This document shows, in pieces, positions 10,535 through 19,881 of a stretch of DNA of 64,000 nucleotides. The translations under genes and the position numbers were made by a program. Position 1 is the first letter of the stretch, and each line of letters begins with the position of its first letter. The notes beneath the pieces were generated by a model. That model was given only the letters and a program-made list of their open reading frames with translations, had not been told where the DNA came from and did no database searches. Origin of the DNA: Candidatus Marinacidobacterales bacterium (GTDB lineage: Bacteria; Acidobacteriota; Vicinamibacteria; Marinacidobacterales; DATDRI01); NCBI GenBank assembly GCA_965219415.1, contig CBDCNP010000002.1, forward strand, positions 4,096,001 through 4,160,000. The letters run 5' to 3'.

Positions 10535-13066
10535 TCATCGTGCCAGTTGATCGGTAGTTGGGGGCTGTACCTTCAATCGGGCTGCATAACGCAGCGAGTC
10601 CGACAGATAATTCCTGAGTCCTGGCTGCTCTACGACCTGCGTGCCGAGGAGCGTCCGATATTCGTTTAGCATCGCGATGTCCCGAGCCAGATCTCCGTTT
10701 TGAAGTCCCGGGAGCTCCAGACGGAGTCCCGTCAATAAGTCGTGAAACTCGGTCAAAAGGCGCGTGGCTTCGGCTGGATTTGCACCAGCGAGCACAACCC
10801 CTGCCTCTTCGAGGACCTCGGACAGGCGCTGCGCCAGGAAGTTCTTCAGCACGTTGAACTCGAGAGGTCCGGGTACCCGTTGCTGCCGTTCGAGTGCGAG
10901 ACGGGCTCGCGCCACCCCGTTTCGCAGGAAGGCCAGGTCTTTGTATCGCACCGTCACATCGGCGATGGCCCCCGGCCCGGAAGCCACGACGTCCAGGACG
11001 ACGGCATGCTCATCTCCGGCGTAGAAATTGGGGATCACGATTTGGATGCCTTCTTCATCCTCACCGCGATCGGCTTCGATACCGAGGTTTCGGGACAGAC
11101 GGAGGTCGACACTCTGTTCGGCTTCTCGAACTTTTTGCGCCCGGACCTCGTCCAGCCGCTCCGAGCCAAGGACGTCCACCAACTTGACGCCGCCCGCCAA
11201 TCGGATGCGCACGCGAACGGCTCGCGCGACAACGCGACTCGCGGCAGAAAGCTCCTGGTCGACGAGGCCCGCCGCCTCCGAACCGAGCTCTAACAAGCGG
11301 CGATGTCCCTGACCGGCAAGCGCTACGCGCTCTAGCTCCTTCGGGACGACGTTGCCTCCCACTCCCACGACACTCACGGGAATCCCAGCTACCGCGCTCT
11401 GATGGGCGAGATCCGAGAGCGTCCTGGTCGCGTTGCCGAGGGGCTGGCTCGTGACCAAGAGCACCAGGCTGCTCCCCAGAACGGCAGTGGGGTCGTCGTC
11501 TTGGTTGACGCTCTGGATCGCTTTCGCGGCGGCCCCGGCGAGCGTCAGCGTTTCATCGTCGAAAGGCGCGACGTCCTCTGCTGGTCCGAAGAATCGGTTC
11601 CATGCGACGGCGAGCGTCCCGTGACGATAGGCGTCCGGCTCCAACACCAGGCCGCCCGGTCGGCCGGCGACGACGAGACGGAATGGGTCTCCGAGCTCCT
11701 TCGCCTCGTTCAATGCCCATAGAAGAGCGCGCATGCTCGCCGCGACGTCCACGGGAATTTCACCGCGCAAATCGAGAACGACTCCGACGTTCATCGCGGG
11801 ACGGCGACCCGCCTGCCGCTCGATGCCCTTGAGGCCCACTTGAACCAGGAAGCGGCTCTCCTCGGAAAGTCCTTGCCGATCGGCGTGCAGGTAGACGGCT
11901 ACCGCCGCATTGTCCGGGGAGTCGAAGGGCTGCGGCGTCGGCCGAACCGCATCGTGAAGGCGAAGCGGTGTCGTGGCGTAGCCGGCGAGCGCCAAGGGGT
12001 CGTACTGCCGTAGACGCGCCTCGAGAAACCGCGTTGCAGGATCGCCAGGCAGGTAGGAGTTGGCCCAGTAGCCCTTGGCGTCCTTGAATGTGAGCCCCTC
12101 GAGCGAAGCGCGCTCGGCAAGAAAGGCCCGCGCTGCCTCGCGTGGCGCCGCCACACGGAAACCAAACTGGTCGTCGCCTCGAGCGCTTTGGCCGGCGCCG
12201 GCGGTGTCTCCAGCCTTGAGTCGACTCTTCTTACCGTTGGTTTCAATGAGAAGGGCCTCTTCCGTTATAGTGCCGAGCTCGTTTTTCTTCGAGCCGTTGG
12301 TGGGGACGTTTTCAAACCCGCCGCGATAGTAGGAGCGCGACTTTCGGTCAGCAAGTTCGTCGATTCGACCTGCGACTTCCGCAAAATCGGAATCGCGTTT
12401 GTCAAAGAGCTCTCGTTCCTCGTCGGAGCTTTCGAAAGTGGCGTTGGAATCGCTTGGCTTCCTAGCCGGAGTCGGGATCGAGTTCGAGGGTTCCCTGTTT
12501 CGCCTCTGTCCTTCGGCCGCGGGAGGAGGTGGCGGAGTGGCCGGAAGGCTCTTAGGTGCTTCAACCTTCCCCTCACGGCTCCCGCCTTCGCGCTGAGTTT
12601 CTTGCTCGGTCGGTGCCGTGCTGTAGAGCAGACGGTCTTTCTCTTGCTCTTGACGGCGCAGTTGGACCATGTCAGCGATTTCCGGTTCCCTCGAAAAACT
12701 AGATTGCCCCCTTGTAAGCAAGCTCAACACGACGGCGACCGCCACGCCCGTTACGACGGCAGCCGCGGCTACGCCGGCCCAGCGAAACTGGCCGAAGAAA
12801 TGGGTTCGGTCGGGGCCCGTCGGAGTTACGCTTACCTCCGCGTTTCCGTGAAGCTCCGGCCTTGCTAGGAGTTTCTCAACCACGTCGTCTGGAGCATCGA
12901 CCGCAGGCATTTCCCGCAGCTGCTCGTTCAGCTCACTAAGCGTCTCGAGAAAGGAGAAACACTCAGCGCATTCCTCGAGGTGCTGCTGTGCCCCCTCGTT
13001 CTCACGGACGGCCTGCGGCCCCTCGGCAGCGAGCAGGTCCTGCAATTCTTTGCAGATGGATTTCAT
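10535..13066 (-). CDS. zinc-binding anti-sigma (ZAS) + TM + extracytoplasmic vWA-like domain, 843 aa
   Basis: ATG 13066 overlaps the sigma stop (ATGA); HLEECAEC ZAS motif; TM WAGVAAAAVVTGVAVAVVLSLL; vWA-like MNVGVVLDL...LVLLVTS...VSVVGVG...LAGQG. Confidence 0.75.
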   Translation of the reverse strand: MKSICKELQDLLAAEGPQAVRENEGAQQHLEECAECFSFLETLSELNEQLREMPAVDAPDDVVEKLLARPELHGNAEVSVTPTGPDRTHFFGQFRWAGVAAAAVVTGVAVAVVLSLLTRGQSSFSREPEIADMVQLRRQEQEKDRLLYSTAPTEQETQREGGSREGKVEAPKSLPATPPPPPAAEGQRRNREPSNSIPTPARKPSDSNATFESSDEERELFDKRDSDFAEVAGRIDELADRKSRSYYRGGFENVPTNGSKKNELGTITEEALLIETNGKKSRLKAGDTAGAGQSARGDDQFGFRVAAPREAARAFLAERASLEGLTFKDAKGYWANSYLPGDPATRFLEARLRQYDPLALAGYATTPLRLHDAVRPTPQPFDSPDNAAVAVYLHADRQGLSEESRFLVQVGLKGIERQAGRRPAMNVGVVLDLRGEIPVDVAASMRALLWALNEAKELGDPFRLVVAGRPGGLVLEPDAYRHGTLAVAWNRFFGPAEDVAPFDDETLTLAGAAAKAIQSVNQDDDPTAVLGSSLVLLVTSQPLGNATRTLSDLAHQSAVAGIPVSVVGVGGNVVPKELERVALAGQGHRRLLELGSEAAGLVDQELSAASRVVARAVRVRIRLAGGVKLVDVLGSERLDEVRAQKVREAEQSVDLRLSRNLGIEADRGEDEEGIQIVIPNFYAGDEHAVVLDVVASGPGAIADVTVRYKDLAFLRNGVARARLALERQQRVPGPLEFNVLKNFLAQRLSEVLEEAGVVLAGANPAEATRLLTEFHDLLTGLRLELPGLQNGDLARDIAMLNEYRTLLGTQVVEQPGLRNYLSDSLRYAARLKVQPPTTDQLAR

Positions 13067-13668
13067 GAGGATTCCCTTTGCAATACGCCGTTGCGCCGCG
13101 CCAACTTGCGGACGAGCGCGAGGCGGGCACGTCTCAAGTGGGTCTTGACGGTGTTGGTTGGCAATTCCAAAGCCGCCGCGATGTCTTTTTGCGCCAAGTT
13201 CTCGATGCATGCGAGAACGAGCACCTCACGCTGCATGAGAGGAAGCTTGCAGATCTCTTCCTCGAGCCACGTCGCCGTTTGTCTTGCTACTGCAACCCGC
13301 TCGCCATCGGGCGCCGGATCCTGAACCTCTCGCCGCGACTCCATGAAAACAAGCTCTTGGACTCGCTGCTTGCGGTGATGGGTGCGCACCGTGTTGGCCA
13401 CGATCGTGAAAAGCCAAGGATGGAGGGGACGCTCGCTCTGAAATTGCGCCGCCGCACGATGCACCTTGATGAAAATGTCCTGAAACACGTCGTCTCGATC
13501 CGATTCCCTAACCCCGCACCGAACGAGGTAGGAGTAAACGGGCACTCGGTACCTGGCCACGAGTTTCGGGAAGGCGGAGGCATCGCCGTCACGGTGACGT
13601 AGCAAGAGCTCTCGCTCGTCCGTTAGACCGTGCTCGCTCCGCGTCGCCGCGTTTGCTTCCTGGATCAT
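13063..13668 (-). CDS. ECF RNA polymerase sigma factor
   Basis: Region 2 DDVFQDIFIKV...WLFTIVAN and region 4 LPLMQREVLVL...DIAAALELPTNTVKTHLRRAR; GGGGAGG RBS before ATG 13668. Confidence 0.92.
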   Translation of the reverse strand: MIQEANAATRSEHGLTDERELLLRHRDGDASAFPKLVARYRVPVYSYLVRCGVRESDRDDVFQDIFIKVHRAAAQFQSERPLHPWLFTIVANTVRTHHRKQRVQELVFMESRREVQDPAPDGERVAVARQTATWLEEEICKLPLMQREVLVLACIENLAQKDIAAALELPTNTVKTHLRRARLALVRKLARRNGVLQRESS

Positions 13669-13732
13669 CGCCTCCCCATCGGTCTCAACAGTCTCGACAG
13701 TCTCAGTAGGCCCCCGCATATCTACTGAGGCA

Positions 13733-13758
13733 TACAAACGAAAGCCGGAAAGGTTTCA
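13733..13758 (-). promoter_or_regulatory. putative ECF-dependent autoregulatory promoter
   Basis: Minus strand TGAAAC-N16-TGTA, one mismatch from the SigW-type TGAAAC-N16-CGTA, about 65 nt upstream of the sigma start. Confidence 0.5.
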
Positions 13759-13884
13759 GGAAAAACCGGTTTTTCTGGGATTTCTTCTATGGTAACACGT
13801 TACCGGAACGGGCTATAGGCTTGTAAGGTATTGAAGAAAAACGCCTTATAAAGAATCGTGCCGGCTTCGCTTTGAACGCCGGAT

Positions 13885-14311
13885 TTATCTACCAGCGAAT
13901 TGGGGACCTAACACGGAGTCAAGCAGGCTTAGGAGCTCCCGGCTGCTGCCCACATAGAGGACGATGACCTTGCCGGATTTGTAGAAGTGCGGAGTGGAAA
14001 CCCAATTGATGATCGTCGTACCCACAGAGGAACCGTCCGGTGAGACACGAGCCCCTTCTCCCTGAGCCGCCCGCCGCGTTCTCATACTCGAACACTTGCA
14101 CATCTTCTCCATTGACTCTAAGGACCTGACCGGAAGCGGAGAAAAAAGGCTGTGAGACCGACCCGACGATGTTGACCGTGGCGCCCTCGTTCCGCAGTTC
14201 ACGTATCAAGGCGTCCAGATCGTCCACCACTGCTTCCGGAGAGGCGTTCCCATTACAGCAAGCGAGCATAAGGAGTAGAAGAACGACGGAAGAGCGCAGG
14301 GAGGAAACCAT
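13885..14311 (-). CDS. hypothetical lipoprotein, frameshifted near 14070
   Basis: MLACC lipobox; ORF 13919-14311 N-half (QPFFSASG...VQVFEYE) joins ORF 13885-14202 C-half (VSPDGSSVG...WVSTPHFYKSGKVIVLYVG). Confidence 0.7.
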
Positions 14312-14329
14312 CTGACAACCTCCTTATTC

Positions 14330-14483
14330 TAGTTCATCGGAACGAGACGCCGTAACGTTTCTCGACGAGGCTGAACGCCAAGCGCTCAACGCCGCTATTG
14401 CGAGGACATTGGAATCTGCAAAGGCGGGCAAGGGTCGCCCTGCGGACGCCATCGTCGATGAGCTGCGCGCACGGCGGAAGTGA
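14330..14483 (+). pseudogene. C-terminal fragment of a probable type II antitoxin
   Basis: ...FLDEAERQALNAAIARTLESAKAGKGRPADAIVDELRARRK* with a GTGA overlap but no toxin following; family assignment is from memory of similar proteins. Confidence 0.35.
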
Positions 14484-14741
14484 CTTCTCTCCCGTCCGGA
14501 CGGACGACGTGGCCCTGCAAGAATGAAGATCGTTGAGAAAAATAATTCATTTTTTGCTTGACAGCCTTTTCGAAGCGACATGAAAAACATGGGAGGTCCG
14601 ATCTAGAGTGGGTCTATAGGCGCGATAAATAAACGACAGTCACACTCGTTTGCTTGGGTAGACTTCGAAAGTGTCTCGAGGCGTTCGCGTGCAACACGGG
14701 CGTGCACAGAGCGTCGAAAAAGTCCATGCTATAAATGGCGT

Positions 14742-15911
14742 ATGAACAAAAAAGACGAATTGAAATCGCTTTCCCAACTATCGGATGACGAGCTTCTTGT
14801 TCGACTGTCGAACGTTTTGAAACAGTCGCAGCGTGTCGAGTCGGTTCTCGTTGTGCATATCGCCGAAGCCGATGCACGCCGACTGTATGCTCGTGAAGCA
14901 TCGTCATCGATGTTTAGATACGCCACCGATGTGTTGCACTTGTCCGAGGCAGAGGCCTGCCTACGCATAGCCGCCGCACGGGCGTCGCGCCGACATCCGG
15001 TGCTGCTGACGATGCTCGACGATGGGCGTCTTCACTTGAGCGGCATCGCGGTGCTGGCGCCGCACCTTACCGGCGCCAATTGCGAGGAGCTCTTGGCTCG
15101 AGCAACCCACAAGACCAAGCGCGAGCTTCTGGTGCTGGTGGCGGAGATTGCCCCGAAACCGGATGTCTCGCCCTCCATCCGGAAGCTTCCGAAGCGGCGA
15201 CAGAAGCCGGCAAGCGAACACCGTACGTCAGGCGCCGAAAGTACTCCGTCCGGAAAGAGTCTTGCCCCTGAACCTGAGCCCGCCCCGGCTCCCGAAGCGG
15301 CTGACAAGCCGCTGGTCGTCGAGCCGCTGACGCCAGCGCGGTACCGCGTGCAGTTCACAGCGAGCGCCGAGCTTCACGACAAGCTCCAACGGCTCGCGGC
15401 GCTCATGCCGGGTGCCGACCTCGCTTCCATGCTAGAAGCGTCGGTGACGGAGAAACTCGAACGGCTCGAGGCCAAGCGCCTCGGCAAAGTCAAAAATCCG
15501 AGAAAGAGCTTCGAAGATGCCGACACGTCGCCGGGAGTGCGCGGAATCCCCGCTCCGGTGAGACGTTTCGTGTGGGCGCGCGATCGGGCTCAATGCACGT
15601 TTCAGAGCAGCGGCGGTAGACGATGTCCTGAGCGGCTAGGGCTGCAGTTCCATCACGACGATCCCTACGGGGTCGGCGGCGATCGAAGTGCCGACAATGT
15701 CAGACTCTTGTGTCGTCCTCACAATCTCTACATGGCGGAGATGGACTACGGCAAAGACAAAATGGAGGAGTACCGGCGTTCCGCCGACCGGGTCGGTGAA
15801 CCGAAGCCGTCGTTTCCACTCTTTCCGGACAGAGCTCAAGAAACGCCGCCCCTTCGTACTGTCCTGCAACTCGCAACGAAGGACGGCACTACACCCCGGG
15901 CTGCTTTCTAG
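14742..15911 (+). CDS. DUF222-like N-terminus + HNH endonuclease
   Basis: RRFVWARDRAQCTF...RRC...FHHDDP...GG...DNVRLLCRPHN; N-terminal SSMFRYATDVLHLSEAEA...RIAAAR. Confidence 0.85.
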   Translation: MNKKDELKSLSQLSDDELLVRLSNVLKQSQRVESVLVVHIAEADARRLYAREASSSMFRYATDVLHLSEAEACLRIAAARASRRHPVLLTMLDDGRLHLSGIAVLAPHLTGANCEELLARATHKTKRELLVLVAEIAPKPDVSPSIRKLPKRRQKPASEHRTSGAESTPSGKSLAPEPEPAPAPEAADKPLVVEPLTPARYRVQFTASAELHDKLQRLAALMPGADLASMLEASVTEKLERLEAKRLGKVKNPRKSFEDADTSPGVRGIPAPVRRFVWARDRAQCTFQSSGGRRCPERLGLQFHHDDPYGVGGDRSADNVRLLCRPHNLYMAEMDYGKDKMEEYRRSADRVGEPKPSFPLFPDRAQETPPLRTVLQLATKDGTTPRAAF

Positions 15912-16046
15912 CCCCCGCCCGCCTCCGCCAACGGGAGTTTTTTTCTCACATCCCCCGTCTGGAACGCGATTCGAGGGGCCGGTCCTGATCTGACGTCGCC
16001 CCGACCTTGACGTTGCCACCCAGCGAGTGAGTACGGAAGGAAGCCA

Positions 16047-18083
16047 TCATCTCGTCGGGACGAGCCGCTTCAGCTCCCCGAACCAGTTAAGGACGACGTT
16101 GATTTGTTGCGTTCCGGCCGCACCCTCTTCCGTTCGGACCATCACGAACCGGCCATCCGGCGCGACGTCGTAGCCGGTGGCGGGATTTCCACCCGTCGAG
16201 CCCGATACATAACGGCCCTCGAAAAGCAACGTGGGGCTCCCCGGAGCAAGCTGCGGCTCCGTCGCGATGGCAACCGCCATCATCTTGTCGCCAATCCGGT
16301 AGAAGAGCTCCCCGCCGTCTCGGGACCACATGGGTTCCGCGCCGCCATCGGTCGATATCTGTAGCTTGCCTCCGGGGTCGGGAAAGGCAGTGACGTAGAC
16401 TTCTTCGCGACCGGACTCGTTGGAGACATAAGCCAGCCAGCGATCGTCGGGTGAGAGCATCCCGGTGTGCTCTTCGAAAGGGGTTTGAAGGAGCATCTCC
16501 GGCTCCCGCTCACCCTCCAGGCGCACCATCCCGATGTCGCGGCCCGTGGTGTTGTTATGTTGTCTGAAGACGATCGTCTTCCCATCCGATGAGATCGATG
16601 TGGGTATGCGGTAGGCGTCCCCGGTCAGTTGCTCGGCGGTGCCGCTTCCGTCCGCGGCCTTGGAGAAAATGCTGAAGGTACCCTCTCGCCTCGAAGCAAA
16701 GATGACCCGCTCACCGTCTGGAGACCACAAGGGCCTTCGACCCTCTCCGAAGGTCAGTCGCGTCAAGGTGCCGCGCCCCAGCTCGAGCAGCCAGGTGTCA
16801 TACCGGCCCGCGCCCGCCTCCGGCGGAGCGACGGCGAGGCGCCGGCCGTCCGGTGAGAGGCGAGGGTGTAAATAATCCCGCAAGGCTTCCACCACGGGCT
16901 GCTCCACTCCTCGACGATCGACCCAGACCAGCTTCCCCTCGCCCGCAGCACCGACCCCGGGCACATAGACGAGCGTTCCATCGTCAGCCACCGCGAAGAG
17001 CACCCCGCGGGTGCTGGGGTTGACTCCAACACCTTCGAGGACAGGATTGAGCTCTCCGGTCGACTCGATGCGGTCGGCATCGAATGGCATGGCAAAGAGC
17101 GTAGCCTCGCGGGCATAGAGCAGGTGACCCGAGGAAGCGTAGCGCGGATAGGTCCCGCCCCGGTAAACCACTTTCCTTTCGCCCGTCTCGAGGAGAACCG
17201 CTTCGATAGTCGAGTCGTCGTTGTCTAGTGCCCCGGCTATGAAAAGCACCGCCTTCCCGTTCGGGAGAAACCACGGCCAGCGGTGGCTGAACTCGCCTTC
17301 GTTCAACTGCGTGAGCTCTACCGGAGTCCCGCCGGAAGCGGGCACACGATAGAGCCCGGTCGAGGTGCTCGGGGTAAAAACGATCGTATCGTCGGGTCCC
17401 CAGGTGCCGCCGAGGAAATTCCCCACCTCTGCAATGGTGAGCGCCGCGCCACCACTGACCGACACCTTCTTCAGAGCACCGGAGGTGAAAAACGCCAGCC
17501 AGCGACCGTCAGGCGAGAAGAAAGAGACGAGGGCGCCTTCCGTGCCGCTGAGGGGTGTGGCTTCTAGACTGTCGAGGGACCGGATGTTAGAGCTGTCTAT
17601 TCCCATCGGGCATTTGGCCCACGAAGGCCAGCATTTTACCGTCCGGAGAAAGCACCGGCGTCCCGCCCGGTCCCGTGAATAGTTGACTATCGCCGGCCCC
17701 GAGATTCACCGAAAACCGCACGAGGGACCTTTCCGGTGGCCACAAGATCCACAGTGTTGCCAACAATATGATGGTGAGGACACCGGCAATGACCTGCCAT
17801 AGCATAGAGGCTTTAGGTTTTGCTTCCTCGGACGGCGCGACAACGGGCTCGGCGAGGAACTCTTGAATCTCGACACGAACATCCCCGATCGATTGGCGGC
17901 GGTCTTTGCGATCCTTCCGGAGACACCGGCGCACCAGGTTCTGAATCCGCGGGTCGAGATCAGAAACCGTGTTCCAATCAGGCTCCGTCTTGATGATGCT
18001 CGCCAGAACATCCGAGACATCCTCGCCGCCGAAAGCCTTCTTTCCCGTCAACATCTCGTAGAGCACGATACCGAAAGAAAAGA
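16047..18083 (-). pseudogene. 5'-truncated Ser/Thr kinase with TM and TolB/PD40 beta-propeller
   Basis: Starts at kinase subdomain IX (FSFGIVLYEMLTG) directly at the ISL3 end; +1 frameshift at about 17587; repeated SPDG motifs; ends VVLNWFGELKRLVPTR. Confidence 0.85.
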
Positions 18084-19466
18084 GGGTCTACGCGGATTCG
18101 TGTGGGTTGAAAACTGCATTTCTGGGTAATGGCGGAAGGAAAGCCGCCACGATCTTCAGCTTGAGATATTCCTCGTCGCGATAGCCGTAGGCGCGTCGTT
18201 GCAGAACACGGATTTTGTTGTTGACCCCTTCAACTAGGCCGAGACTGACTTTGTTCTCCGGATGACAGTAGGAGGCGATACCATCCCAATGGGACTCAAT
18301 CATACCGGCGAACTTCTGGTACGGATGCAGGCGTTGCCATTTGAGGCTGTCTTTCCAACGGGTGAAAAAGGCGCGAGCGCCGCGTTCGGTGCGGTAATCC
18401 CAGAGTTGCCCGAAGGCCTCCTTCAAAATATAGGCGGTGTTCAGGCGCCGGTTGGCCTGGAGCAACTTTTTGAGTGCGCGGCGACCGTCTAGGCTCAGGT
18501 TCTCCCGCCGGGAAAGCAAAGTGTAACGCTGCCCCTTGATGTACGACCGGTCCTTGCCGCTGAGGCGTTTGTACTCACCGCGCCGGACCTCATCGAGGGC
18601 CTTTGACAGATGACGCATGATATGAAACTTGTCGAAGATGATCCGCGCATTAGGCGCGTTGTGAATCACCGAGTTCCGGAAGGGCTTCCACATATCCATG
18701 GCGGCCAGCTTGATACGGGCGCTTTTCTTTCCGCCCGGCGCCTTGAAGAACAAATCGATGTCGGTTTCTTTGCGACCCTCACCGCCCACCCAGATGGGAC
18801 GCGCCCGCTCCAGGTCGCTGACAATGACGCGATAGTTATGTCCCTTGCGGATGGAGATTTCATCGACACCGATGGCCCGAGGCGCCGGTAGCCCCGCCCG
18901 GTCGACCTACTCTTGCATGTAGAGCGTATCCAGAGCCTTCACCGTACCGTGGTGCAGACGTTCCATCTCGGCCACCGCCTTGTTCGGCATATCCCGGCAC
19001 AGCTTGCCCACATGCGTCGCAAAACGCTGGGTGTAGCGCGAGTTGTTCGCCAGCCAGTCTAGGTGTTCTACATGCACACCGCCGCACCCAGAACAGTTGA
19101 CGCGCCAACGCTCGTATTCCAGATAGATCCGCCAGCCTGCCAACGACAGGTCGCGGACCCGGCACACTTGCTTGTCATAGCGCCCCCGGCACCGTTGCCC
19201 ACAGTAAGAGCACACAGCTGTTTTTTTCGCCTCTTGAGCTGGATGACGCGGGCGTATCGGTCACCGAATAGACCCTTCAATCCGGCACCAACCACGAAAC
19301 CTGGCAGCGCAAACAGCGAGCGGATCGACTGGGAATTTTTCACTCGGTTAGCCTATCCTAAAATGGACCACTTTTCAGCACCTGATGAAGTACTCGATAC
19401 CTTTTCCACACAATGAGTTACACTGTTTTTCCGTCAGAACTTACCCACACGAATCCGCGTAAACCC
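18084..19466 (-). mobile_element. ISL3 family insertion sequence (inactivated)
   Basis: 24-bp TIRs GGGT(C/T)TACGCGGATTCGTGTGGGT; transposase with zinc finger, GVDEIS, MDMW, FDKFH and EGVNNKI; frameshift at an A8 run (about 19220) and in-frame TAG at 18907; no target duplication. Confidence 0.92.
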
Positions 19467-19473
19467 GTTCTTT

Positions 19474-19707
19474 ATGCCGATATTCGAGTATGCCTGCTTG
19501 GAATGCGACAAGCGGTTCGGGACGCTCGTCTTGGGCTCGAGCGCCGACGCGCCTCGGTGTCCTTCCTGCGAGAGCGAGAGGTTAGAAAAGCAACTCTCGG
19601 TGTTTGCAGTGAATACGGGAAACGGGTCGTCCGCAGCTCGTGAGGTCCCCGGGTCCTGTGGGTCGTGCGGTGACCCCCGCGGTCCGGGCTCGTGCTCGAT
19701 GAACTGA
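19474..19707 (+). CDS. FmdB-family zinc-ribbon protein
   Basis: MPIFEYACLECDKRF...CPSCES...LEKQLS and a C-terminal CGSCG...C. Confidence 0.88.
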   Translation: MPIFEYACLECDKRFGTLVLGSSADAPRCPSCESERLEKQLSVFAVNTGNGSSAAREVPGSCGSCGDPRGPGSCSMN

Positions 19708-19881
19708 GCTCTCCCCCGAATCGTCGGCGCCTAGGATCTCGAACGTCCCGGCTCCGTGCGCCATGTCTCCACTGGACTCGTCCGTGGTGACGCCGATCTT
19801 GACCACTCGATGGGTAAATCGCGACTGGAAGGGAGGGGTGCGGCCGGGGCAAAGTTTCCCCAGCCGCACCTCTCTTGGTGC

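Noticed and set aside
13067-13210. Longer start of the 891-aa ORF
   Set aside because: It overlaps the sigma gene; ATG 13066 gives ATGA coupling and puts the ZAS motif at the N-terminus
18907-18909. In-frame TAG as pyrrolysine or recoding (also 26893)
   Set aside because: Both lie in decayed transposases and are one change from CAG/TGG, and TAG is a normal stop in intact genes here
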